DNA of 64,000 nucleotides from contig JBODTK010000140.1 in assembly GCA_050613775.1 (NCBI GenBank), positions 124,001 to 188,000 of the forward strand. The letters run 5' to 3'. The stretch comes from Neocallimastix sp. 'constans'. Lineage: Eukaryota. The notes below the pieces were generated by a model, which made no database searches, was not told the origin of the DNA, and worked only from the letters and a program-made list of their open reading frames with translations. Within the stretch, counting starts at the first letter, position 1, and each line of letters starts with the position of its first letter. Shown one piece after another: positions 1 to 11,515 of the stretch. Made by a program: the position numbers and the translations under genes.

Positions 1-2670
1 AGTCAAACACCTATTTCTATTAATACTTCAAACTCTATTTCATTGAATCAGATACCAGTTTCTATGAATTCTTCAAATTCTATCCCAATAAGTCAGAATC
101 CTTTATATTTAAGTCCAATACTCAATCAAAATATTAATAATACTTTACCAATGAATAACGGCGTTGAAAATCAACTTCAATTATTAAATTTAATGAAATT
201 ATTAAGTAATCAAAAAATTCCAGAAGGTAAAAAGAATAAAACAAATACTATTGGTAGTATAATTATTCCTACTTCATTTCCAACAAATGAAAATGAGAAT
301 AATTCAAATAATTATTTTGTAAATTCAATTATCGGTAAAACAAATACCGAAAATAATATTACTAGATTATTAAATCAAGTACAGCAACAGCAACAACAAC
401 CTATTCAATATATACCTTCACCTGTATTAGATTTAAATGATAAAAATGAAATGAATACTATAATAGATGAAGAGAAAGGCATAAATTCAATTAAAAGCAT
501 TCCATCAATTTTAATTAGTGAAGGATTGGATATTACTAATACATCTACTTCACAGATATCAACAATTTCAAATAAAGAGGAGTTAAATAATGATATAATA
601 GATAATTTTTTGAAAATTTCACTTCCAAATAAGCAAAATGGGATTAATACTTATGTTCCATTATCACCAGCATTAAGTCCGGTTCTAAACTCCCCGTTAT
701 TAAATATACCTTCAGATAATGCTTTTGAAAATTGCATAAAGAAAGATGAAAAGAATGACGTTGATTTAATGGAAACATTAAATGATCTATTAAATATCTC
801 TCCAGAAATAGAATCAATGAATGTTACAAAACCAGTAGAAAATGATGTTGCTGGCTCAATTAATAATAATACTACTAAAAATGAAAGTGAGTTACCTATA
901 GATAATATACTTGATGATATTATTAATTCTATTAATAATCAAGAAAAGGAGGAATTAATGGATGATGATAGAAAGGATAATAACTATTTAAATATTGACA
1001 ATACATATTTGAATATTCCAGCCACACCAAGATCAATTTCTAGTCCATCAAATTTAAGTGATTGTGATTTTTCCGAATTTTCAAATTTTGTTGATTCTTA
1101 TGATGATATTTCTATAATAAATAATGTTGAAGAAATTTTAAATGAATTAAATGTAAACAAATCATCGAATGGCCTCATGACCACATTTGAAGAAAATGAA
1201 GAAAATGATATTTCATCATTGAATAATCCAATTATAACTATAACTAATGAAACTAATGATATGGTAAAGTTAGATATAGCATGCAATAATGCTAAGAATG
1301 ACGACAGTGATGGTAATGGAAAAGTAATTACTGAAGCTAATGAACAATTAAAAACTGGAAAGAAAAATCCAAGAGGAAGACCAAGAAAGAACAAGAAAAG
1401 TGAGAATACCCCTCTTAAAGAAAAACTTAATAAAACATTTAAAGAATCTACTGATAGTCTTTTATCTACTGAACTTCATATACAACGTATATGTTCTACA
1501 TTAAGTAAGAATAATGATAAAAATATTCAAACCATATCAGAGGCCACAGAAAATCAATACGATATTCAAATGAATAATGTTAAAGATAAGCATGAAACCG
1601 AAAATATATTTGAAAATGATCTCATTTTAAAGAGTGATAATGAAAATAATAATTGCACTTATTTGAATCCTTTACAAGAAGTAGAAGAAGACGAAAGAAA
1701 ATGTAAAGAATGCGAGGAGTTCAAAAAAGAAGAAGAATCAATAGTAAAAGATTACAACTGTAAGGAAAGGAATATAATTAAAGATAATAATGGTGATCAA
1801 ACAAAAAATAAGGATAACGATAATATGAAGAATAAAATTAAACCTGATAATAATAAATCCAACAATATCAATAAAAATAATTCTGAAACAAATAGTGATG
1901 ATAAGGAAGAAATGACAAATAATAATAAAGAAAATATAGATATTGATTCTGATGAAGAAGAATCTCTTTTAATACGAAAGAAAGAAATTCAACAAAATAA
2001 TAACAATAAAAGAAAATTAAAAACTACAATTCGTAAATCAAAACGTAGATGTTCTTTAAAGCATAAAAAAATTGATATAGAAAAATCAAAAAATAATAAA
2101 AAAGGTAAAAAAGAAGAAAAAGGAGAAGAAAAAGAGGAAGAAGAAAAAGAAAAAGAAAAAGAAGAAGAAGAAGAAGAAGAAGAAGAAGAAGAAAAAATTC
2201 CAATTAGAAACATTACAATTAATAAAGGTAATAGAAAAAGAAAGCGTTACTCAAAAGAAGATAATAAAAATGATTCATCATTAAATAAAAATAAGAAAAA
2301 AGTTATTCGATTAAGTATTACTCAAATTAAAAATAATATTGAAAATGGAAATCGTTTGAGTATTGGAAATTCATTAGACACTAATGATGTTTCTGCTCTA
2401 ACTAAGAATGGTCTTGTGTTAGTAGGAAGGAAACGTGTTATTGTTGAAAATACGAATAGACCTTATGTTTGTACTGATTGTGGTGCAGGATTTGTAAGAA
2501 AACATGATTTAAATAGACATGGAAAAATTCATTCTGGAATAAAGAATTATAAATGCCCTTATTGTGATAGAGCATTTTCAAGAAATGATGCCTTATCAAG
2601 ACATTTAAAAGTTGAATTAAAACATAAATTTCAAAATAAAAAGGATAAAAATATAGAAGAAGAGTTGTAA
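1..2670 (+). CDS. C2H2 zinc-finger transcription factor, Crz1-like (5' end lies outside the window)
   Basis: Frame is open from base 1 to TAA at 2670. Two C-terminal fingers (YVCTDCGAGFVRKHDLNRHGKIHSGIKNYKCPYCDRAFSRNDALSRH), AT-hook PRGRPRK (1369-1389), PxIxIT-type motif PIITIT (1228-1245) and SP-rich segments. Confidence 0.88.
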   Translation, partial: SQTPISINTSNSISLNQIPVSMNSSNSIPISQNPLYLSPILNQNINNTLPMNNGVENQLQLLNLMKLLSNQKIPEGKKNKTNTIGSIIIPTSFPTNENENNSNNYFVNSIIGKTNTENNITRLLNQVQQQQQQPIQYIPSPVLDLNDKNEMNTIIDEEKGINSIKSIPSILISEGLDITNTSTSQISTISNKEELNNDIIDNFLKISLPNKQNGINTYVPLSPALSPVLNSPLLNIPSDNAFENCIKKDEKNDVDLMETLNDLLNISPEIESMNVTKPVENDVAGSINNNTTKNESELPIDNILDDIINSINNQEKEELMDDDRKDNNYLNIDNTYLNIPATPRSISSPSNLSDCDFSEFSNFVDSYDDISIINNVEEILNELNVNKSSNGLMTTFEENEENDISSLNNPIITITNETNDMVKLDIACNNAKNDDSDGNGKVITEANEQLKTGKKNPRGRPRKNKKSENTPLKEKLNKTFKESTDSLLSTELHIQRICSTLSKNNDKNIQTISEATENQYDIQMNNVKDKHETENIFENDLILKSDNENNNCTYLNPLQEVEEDERKCKECEEFKKEEESIVKDYNCKERNIIKDNNGDQTKNKDNDNMKNKIKPDNNKSNNINKNNSETNSDDKEEMTNNNKENIDIDSDEEESLLIRKKEIQQNNNNKRKLKTTIRKSKRRCSLKHKKIDIEKSKNNKKGKKEEKGEEKEEEEKEKEKEEEEEEEEEEEKIPIRNITINKGNRKRKRYSKEDNKNDSSLNKNKKKVIRLSITQIKNNIENGNRLSIGNSLDTNDVSALTKNGLVLVGRKRVIVENTNRPYVCTDCGAGFVRKHDLNRHGKIHSGIKNYKCPYCDRAFSRNDALSRHLKVELKHKFQNKKDKNIEEEL

Positions 2671-4149
2671 ATAAAAAAAAAAAAAAAATTAAATGAAAAA
2701 AAAAAAAAAATAAAAAAAAAAAGAAATAGAAGAGGAAGAAAAATTAAATATAAATAGATTATATATATGCACTCTATCTTTAATCTAAATAATATATATA
2801 AGTAACTATTATTATAATTATTATTATCATTATATCATTATTATTAATATTGCTACTGTTTTTATATAAATATTATTAAATTTATAAAATACATAAATAT
2901 TCTATTATCTCTTAATATTTAAATTTAATTATATATATAATTGAAATGTTATTTTATCATAAAAATTATTATTTTGTCTTCCTTTTCATCTATTTATTTT
3001 ATTTTTTTTTCTTTATTTTTACAATTAAAATTATTTTTAATATTTTCATTTCTATTATAATATTATTGTAAAATATGTAATTAATAAAAAAAAAAGTTTA
3101 TATATGTATATATAATAAATATTAATATAAATAAAATATCAATATAAATAAATATAAAAATTATTAAAGCATTAATAAAAATATTATAAATTTAAAATAT
3201 ATAAAATTCAAATGTAATAAGTTTTTTTTATTTTATTTATTTTATTTATTTTTTTTTTTTTTACGTTATGATATTAAGTAGTGAGAAGTGATATAAGTGA
3301 TAATTGAAGTATGTATAAATATTTTGATAAAGGTAATCAATCAGTATTAATTATTTTAAAAAAAATTTAATTAAAATCTATTTGTACTTATTAGCCTTTA
3401 TTTAGCAATAATTAATTATAAATTATAATACTTTAAAATATATATAAATATATATAAATATATATATATATAAAATAGATCAATTTTTAAGTTTTTATAA
3501 ATATATTGCAATAATTTCAACTTTAAAAAAAATTATAAATACATTAATAAATATTGTATTTTTATTTGTAATAATTATATAATTTAGAACATTATTGCTA
3601 AACAAAGTTTCATTGTTTAATAATTGTAATATAATATTAATAAATAATAAATCAAAGTTTATATTTTTATGAATGTTTTTTTTTATAAATAATAAATTTT
3701 ATATTTAAATTTATGTTTAATTATATATTTAATTATATTAATTATATTATATATTTTATAAATAATTTAAATGTTATAAAAAAATAAATAAATAAATAAA
3801 TAAAAAATTAGTGGGGAAAAAATCTATTTAAGTAAATAAAATAACAAAATAACTAAAAAAAAAAAATTTTTTTTTTATGGATACATTTAAATACTCTAAA
3901 TATCACATGAATATTAGCATAAAAAAATATAAATAATATTGTATAGCTTAGTATATATTTGGATCATAAGAAATATTAACACTATTCCTTCTACTATTAC
4001 TACTAATACTACTACTACTACTACGACTACTACTACTAATAATAATTAATAAGAAAAAATAAAATCAAATAAAATAAATATTTGAAATATTAATATTAAG
4101 TACAGATTGAATAAAACAAAATAAATACTTGAAATATGAACATAAAATA

Positions 4150-4388
<239 letters not shown>

Positions 4389-4628
4389 ATTAAGTTTAAT
4401 ATTAAAAATATAAAGAAACTATTCTTATATAACTTAGCCACCAAATTTGAAAATTTGAAAATTTATTATAATTTATTTTTATTTTTTTTTTTTTTATGGA
4501 CAATGTTCAATTAGTTTTCATAAAAAATTTTGTAAAATTTTATATTTTTAATAATAAATAACAATAAATATTTATTACAAAAGCCTTTTAAATAATGTAA
4601 TATTAATATTTGTATTATTACTGCTTTT

Positions 4629-4659
<31 letters not shown>

Positions 4660-5137
4660 TAAATAATAATAATATAATGATAAAATGATAATAATAAAAT
4701 AATAATTATTTAATGATGATAATGTTTATAATAATAAAGTAATATTTATATTTATATAAAGTAATAATAATAATAATAATAATTGATTAATTATATAAAA
4801 AAATTTTTTATATAAAAAATTAATTATAAAATATAGTTATATTAAAATTAAAATTTTTCTTAAGGACAATATTTTTTTTTTTTATTTTTTTTTTAATATT
4901 GCTTAAAAATAAAATTAATCAAATCAATATAAATATAAATAGAATTCCTTATTTTTTTAATTCTTTATATTTTTATTTTAAGTACATATATATATTAAAT
5001 ATAATAAATATTTTTTTTAATAATATTTTAATCTTTAAGCAGTAAAGATTATTATTTATTCAGAAATAAAATAAAAAAAAAAATAATTGAAAATTAAACT
5101 AAAATTAAAAATTAATTTTTTTTTTTTAAAAAAAAAA

Positions 5138-5737
5138 ATGGTTGAAGCTGATATTGAAGATTTTGTTGGATGTACTATTGGTTACGTTGAACGTACAAAC
5201 TTATCTTTTATAGATGTTCCAGGACAAATTGCAACTGTTGTATTTGTTAGAGGTTGTTCAATTCGTTGTCCAGATTGTCATAATTGTGAACTTCAATCTT
5301 TTGATGAAACTAGAAAAACTACTGTAGATGAAGTAGTTTCAAAATTAAATGAATTAGAACTTTCTCAATGGATTTGTTTCCAAGGTGGTGAACCATTAGA
5401 CCAAGCTGATTTTGTTCGTGCAATAATTGAAAAATTAAAGCCTTCCTTTAAGGTTTGTATATATTCTGGTTATAATATGGAATTAGTTAAAAGAAAGCAT
5501 AAGGCTTTACTTTCCTTACCAAATGTTCGTATGGTAAAGGCTGGAAAATTTTTATTAAAGAAAAGAATTTATAATAAATTTTTGGCTACAACCAACCAAC
5601 GTGTAATATTAAAGCACCATATTGATGACTCTTTAGAACAAAAAACTCAATGGGATGAATTAGATTGGATTAATAATAGTAAAGAATTTATTGAAGAACA
5701 AGTGAATAAATCTTGCTATGAAGAAAAAATAAATTAA
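5138..5737 (+). CDS. nrdG: Anaerobic (class III) ribonucleotide reductase activating enzyme, radical SAM, 199 aa, intronless
   Basis: ATG at 5138. SFIDVPGQIATVVFVRGCSIRCPDCHN carries CxxxCxxC. GGEPL, IYSGY and the C-terminal GKF...TNQRVI match the NrdG pattern (GKF...SNQ.V) and its short length, rather than PflA. Confidence 0.82.
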   Translation: MVEADIEDFVGCTIGYVERTNLSFIDVPGQIATVVFVRGCSIRCPDCHNCELQSFDETRKTTVDEVVSKLNELELSQWICFQGGEPLDQADFVRAIIEKLKPSFKVCIYSGYNMELVKRKHKALLSLPNVRMVKAGKFLLKKRIYNKFLATTNQRVILKHHIDDSLEQKTQWDELDWINNSKEFIEEQVNKSCYEEKIN

Positions 5738-6236
5738 AAAAAAAAAAACTAGTTTGAAAATATTATTTATTTTTAATTTTATTAAATATAGATATTTAAT
5801 GAGAAATTTCCCTTAATAATACCCATATTGAAATATTTATATATTCAATATTATAAAATAAGGGATTTTTAATTTATTTATTTCTTTTTATTTTTTCTTT
5901 CAATAGAAATATTTATTTATTATTAAAGGAAAAAAAAATATATTTTTTTCTTTTATCATTATTTAAAATCGGTTAGTTTCAACAATTAAATTTTTATTTT
6001 TATTTTTTTACTCAAACTCCTAACTTATTAAATTAATAAAAATCAAAATCAAAAATATTTATTATTAAATTTAATTCATAAAAGTGTTTATATATAAATC
6101 AATATTTTTGTATTTAATTTATGAATTTATAAATAATTAGTGTTTTATGAAATTAGTAAATAAATATATATATATACATTACAAAGTTTTATTTTTGTTT
6201 TTGATAGTTTTAATTTTATCTTTAATAAATGTAGGT

Positions 6237-6307
<71 letters not shown>

Positions 6308-6661
6308 CTGTTACTATATTATATATTTTTTTTTACTAATATAATTTAAATTACTAATTTATTTTTGCTTCCACAATTACACATTGATTATCTGTAATTA
6401 CATTAATGAGGTCATTGAAAAGTATTTATTATATGGAGATTTTTAATTCAATATATATATATAATTTGAGTTATTGAAAATGACTGTTATTCTTCTTTAG
6501 ATTCTTTTTTTAACCTTTAATTCCTTAAACTTGATACGACAGGTTAACTATACTGCCTTGAAATGAATTGCTATTAAATAATTAGATTATTTTTTTTTTA
6601 CAAAATAATTTTTATTATTATTAACTTTTTTTTTTTATTAAAATTAATAGTAATAGTAAAA

Positions 6662-6701
<40 letters not shown>

Positions 6702-6835
6702 ATTGATTTTTATTTTATATATTCATAAATAATTAAAAGATACAATCATATTATATTAATATTAAAATAAATAATAAAATAATCAATGAAATGTTATTAT
6801 TAATTAAAATTAAATATGAATTAAATATTTTTTAT

Positions 6836-6869
<34 letters not shown>

Positions 6870-7169
6870 TTTTTATATTATTGAAGCTCAATTTATTGAG
6901 TATTGATTATGATTATTATTAATAATTGATTTATTTGTTAATATGTGTTAATTTATAATTATATTTACAATTATATTACGTAGAGATAATTGGGATAATA
7001 CATTAATTAGTCATAATTATCTATATTCATTATATATAATAATAAAAAAAAAAATATATATATATATATAAATATAAATATATAAAAAATAGTATAATTG
7101 AATATTACTCTCTTATTATTATTTAAAATTTTTAATCGATTTTTAAAATTTGTAAACCTTAATAACAAT

Positions 7170-7215
<46 letters not shown>

Positions 7216-7282
7216 AATAAAAAAAAAAAAAATAATAGGACAAAATTAGTATATATATATAAAAGATTATCTCAAAAGTTAC

Positions 7283-7493
7283 TTATTTAAAAAAAGAAAT
7301 TTTTTTTTATTAAAATAATTAATAGAAAAATGATTATTTAAAAAAAGAAATTTTTTTTTTATTAAAATAATTAATAGAAAAATGATTATTTAAAAAAAGA
7401 AAAATTTTTTTTTTATTAAAATAATTAATAGAAAAATGATTATTTAAAAAAAGAAATTTTTTTTTTATTAAAATAATTAATAGAAAAATGATT
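7283..7493. repeat. Tandem repeat, about 53-bp unit x4
   Basis: Unit TTATTTAAAAAAAGAAA(T)nATTAAAATAATTAATAGAAAAATGA occurs four times, varying only in homopolymer length. Confidence 0.85.
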
Positions 7494-7520
7494 AAAGTTA
7501 AATATATAAACATAACGTAC

Positions 7521-7568
<48 letters not shown>

Positions 7569-8148
7569 GATAAAAGCTATGTAAAGAAATTTCTTTATAA
7601 GATCATATTATCTACATTAATTACAACAATTTTTTTTTTATAATAATAATATTTTTTTTTTTTTAAAAATAATCTTTTTTTTTTTTTTTTTTTTTTTTGG
7701 TAATTAATTATTATTAAACTTTTTATAAATAAATAAATGTTTTAATACTAAAACCTTAAATAGGAATAATTTACCCTCCCTTTCAAAAAAAGAAAAAAAA
7801 AAAGTAAAAAAGTTAAAACTTTTTGATTTTTTATAACTAATAATTTTCAGTTATAATAATTTAGAATTATGTAAATAGTAATATCTATCATTTAATGTAT
7901 TATATTTTTTTGTTCTTTATTATCTTATTTAATTTTTTTTTTTTTTTCAATTTTTTATTTTTATTTTTTTTATTTTTTTATTTTTATTTATTTATTTATT
8001 TTTTTTTTGTTCTTTTTGTTCTTTTTATATGATTTCTCTAATATATCAATTTAACGTTAACATATAAATAAGTATTAAAAGATTATAATTTATATATATA
8101 TTATAATATAAATTACTGATTATAATATTAAATAAAAAAATTTTTTTT

Positions 8149-8503
8149 TTATTCAACTAATTCAAGTTCAGTTTTTCTATTCTTTGCATATTTATCCTTA
8201 TTTTCATCCCATATTCTTTGTAATTCGGCAATATATAAATTTAAATATTTTTGAATATCAGCTTCAGTTGGCTTTTCTATCTTTGGACATTCAATTGGAA
8301 CACCTGTAACTACATTAATTGGTTTAGAATATGGAATCCAACACTTTAAACGACCATAAAATGTTGGAAGACGGAAACCTAAATATTTCTTTATAAGGGT
8401 ATTGTTATCGGTAACAATTTTATGTTGAATTTGATCAAATACATCAACTTCACCAAAGTTCATAACTGGAACTAATGAAATACTGTTACAAGTTCAAAAA
8501 AAA

Positions 8504-8535
<32 letters not shown>

Positions 8536-9947
8536 AAATATTAAAAAAATATAAACATATAATATATATAAAAATTTAATAATAATTTTAATTTTAATTT
8601 TTTAAACTATAAACTTTTTTTAAAATTCTTATTATTTAATAAGATGTGTGTGTGGTTATTATTCTTACCCATTTTTTAATGCAATCTTAACAAAACCCTT
8701 TCTTCTTTTTAAGATAATTCTGTATGTACCAGGGAATGAATAAAGGGCTATATAATAGTAATAATAATATATCAATTATGATAAAATAATCTTTAATATA
8801 TGAAAATAAGTATATAGTATTTTAAATAATTCAAATTTCAAATATTACATTCATTAGCTCCACCAATAACAATAACTGCCTATTTAGTAATATAATAATA
8901 ATATTTATTTATAATGAATATTATTATAAATTTATAATATAAAATATAAATTTATATATCCTAAATTTTTATTCTTACAGAATGTTTAGTTTCAGTGAAA
9001 ATACTGGTGATAGATTTTCTATCACAATCACAATAGCCAACTAATAAAATATAGTCTCTCCAGAATGGAACCCTAATTTATATATTAATATATATTTGAA
9101 TATATATAATTTTATATTAAATAAATATATAATAATTTAAAACTAATTTATATATATATATATATATTTATTATTATTATTATTATATATTATCAATAAA
9201 CAAATAAATATTTTATATATATGTTTAATTTACTTACCAGAAATTAATTGGAATAGTAGCAAGTCTAATATTAAGACCTTGGAAAACTTTGCTGATGGAA
9301 AGTGCTTCAGAAGCAAAAATAATATTAGCAGAAATACAAACAATACCGTGTGGGTGATACCCTATTTACATTATTGAATATGAAAATTATCAATAAAAAT
9401 ATATATATTTTTATAATTAATTAAAGCATTTATAATTTAAATATTTAATAATTAATTTCTTTTTTTACCAAACAAGTATTGTTTGTCACTATCTAAATTA
9501 GCTGATTTATGTAATCTAATTGGGAAATCTATAGTATTTAAAAGTAAATGTTATTTATTAAGTACTTCGTTTTAAAGTAATTTCATTATTAAAATTATAT
9601 TAATTATTTATATTATAATTATTAATATTTTTAATTAAATATATATGTATAAAGTTATTACAATCTCTGACAAGTTTCCATAATTTCATGTTTCTAACAA
9701 ATTCACTTCTTCTACCATATACTGGTGTTTTATTAATCATATTATCGTAAATAATCCATATATAATAAATAATCATAAGTGGTCGGGTATATTTAAAGTA
9801 CACTAATATAGCAAAGAGACCGATACCGATAAACATTAATGCTGCCCATGTAACGGCAGATAATGTTTCAAGTAAAGTTGGTTGTTTTTCAACAGCAACC
9901 TCATCATAATTTATGTCATCAAGATTTTTTTTATCCTTTGATTCCAT
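8149..9947 (-). CDS. DGA1: Diacylglycerol O-acyltransferase, DGAT2/MOGAT family, 7 exons
   Basis: Manual splicing at GT-AG introns gives DYFPIRL, YLFGYHPHG, PFWRD, IVIGGANES, LKRRKGFVKIAL, LVPVMNFGE and PINVVTGVPI, all DGAT2 motifs. Confidence 0.93.
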
Positions 9948-10089
9948 TTTTATTTATGCTATTTATTATTTCTAATAAAGTAATGTTTATTTTTATTTAA
10001 TTTTTTTTAATAGCAACTTTATTAATAATTTTAAATTATTTATTTATTATTATTAAATTACTTCAATTTTTAATAGTAAATTTATTGAA

Positions 10090-10120
<31 letters not shown>

Positions 10121-11463
10121 ATATTACTATGAATTTTTTATAAAAAAAAGGTAGCAAAGTTTAAAAAAACAAAAAAAATTATATAAATATTATAATAAAT
10201 AAATAAATAAATATATAATATATAAATATATTTTATGGAATCATTAATATTTCTAATATAATATTAATAAAGTTGATCTTTCATATATATATCATATAAG
10301 AATTTTATAAAACACGATACATTAACAAAAATTTATAATTGGTTATTCCACAATATTATTGTACAATATATTACTAATAATATTATAATATATTTGATTA
10401 ATTTTATTTTTATGTATAATATATTAAAGTTTAGAAATGATGTAACATAATAATAAAATTATTTAATACTGAATTTTTGATAATTTTTTTTTTTTTTTAT
10501 TTTAAATTGAAGTATTATTATTTAACAATAATGTTAAATATAAATAATTTTGATTTTGCCATTATTATATTATATTTACCCAATATATTATAAAATTTAT
10601 ATAAAAATCTAAAAGAAATTTTATCACAAAAATCATTCGATTTTCTATAAAAACAATATATTTTTTTGGACTTTTGCATATACCTACATATACCTATATG
10701 ACGCCTTTCTTTTAACATAATTTTATATAAATATATATATATATTATAAGTACAACTAAAATTTGTGTAATATTCAATATATATGGATCACCACAAGCAT
10801 ATATATTGTATTTTCAGCCACAATATTTGCTAGGTGGTCATACCAATTTGTCATAGATATATGTTTTTTAATCTCTAAATATGGGTATGGTTTATTAATA
10901 CAAAATATTTGAATACTGATTAGTTGTAAAGGTTATTAAAAAAAATGATAAACTTTATTAATAAAAATTATTTTTAAAAACATAAATTATATTATTTAAT
11001 TTTAATTATGTATTATAAAGTAGACTTTATCCATAATATAATAAATAATAATTAAATACTAAATACTAAATACTAAATAATGAATAATAAATAATAAATA
11101 ATAAATACAAAATACTAATTACTAAATACTAAATAATAAATATAAATACTAAATCATAAATAAAAATTAAAATTATGAAATTTTTATTAAACATAACAAC
11201 TTTAATCATAAAATTAAAATTCTTTTATAACAAAAATTTATTTATATAAATATGAATTATTAAATATTGTTTTATTATTATTATTTTTCTATTTTGTATA
11301 TATTGATATCTATTTTATTATTATATTTAAAATTATATATATATATATATTTATATAATGATTTATATATATTAAATATTTATATTTGTAAAATTCAAAA
11401 GATTATAATAAATTAAAAAATAAAAAGAAAAAGAAAAAGAAAAAGGACATGATAAAATTAATA

Positions 11464-11503
<40 letters not shown>

Positions 11504-11515
11504 TCATTTTTAGTT

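Noticed and set aside
5087..5137. N-terminal extension of the NrdG ORF from TTG 5087
   Set aside because: Homopolymer-rich leader; ATG 5138 after an A-run is the plausible eukaryotic start.
6400..6570. Slightly complex island as a possible C/D snoRNA
   Set aside because: No RTGATGA/CTGA box pair or terminal stem found.
7283..7493. CRISPR-like array
   Set aside because: Head-to-tail repeats without spacers, eukaryotic context and no cas genes.
10518..10940. Short ORF and moderately complex DNA between DGAT2 and SAS10
   Set aside because: No recognisable motif; possibly TE debris, but unsupported.
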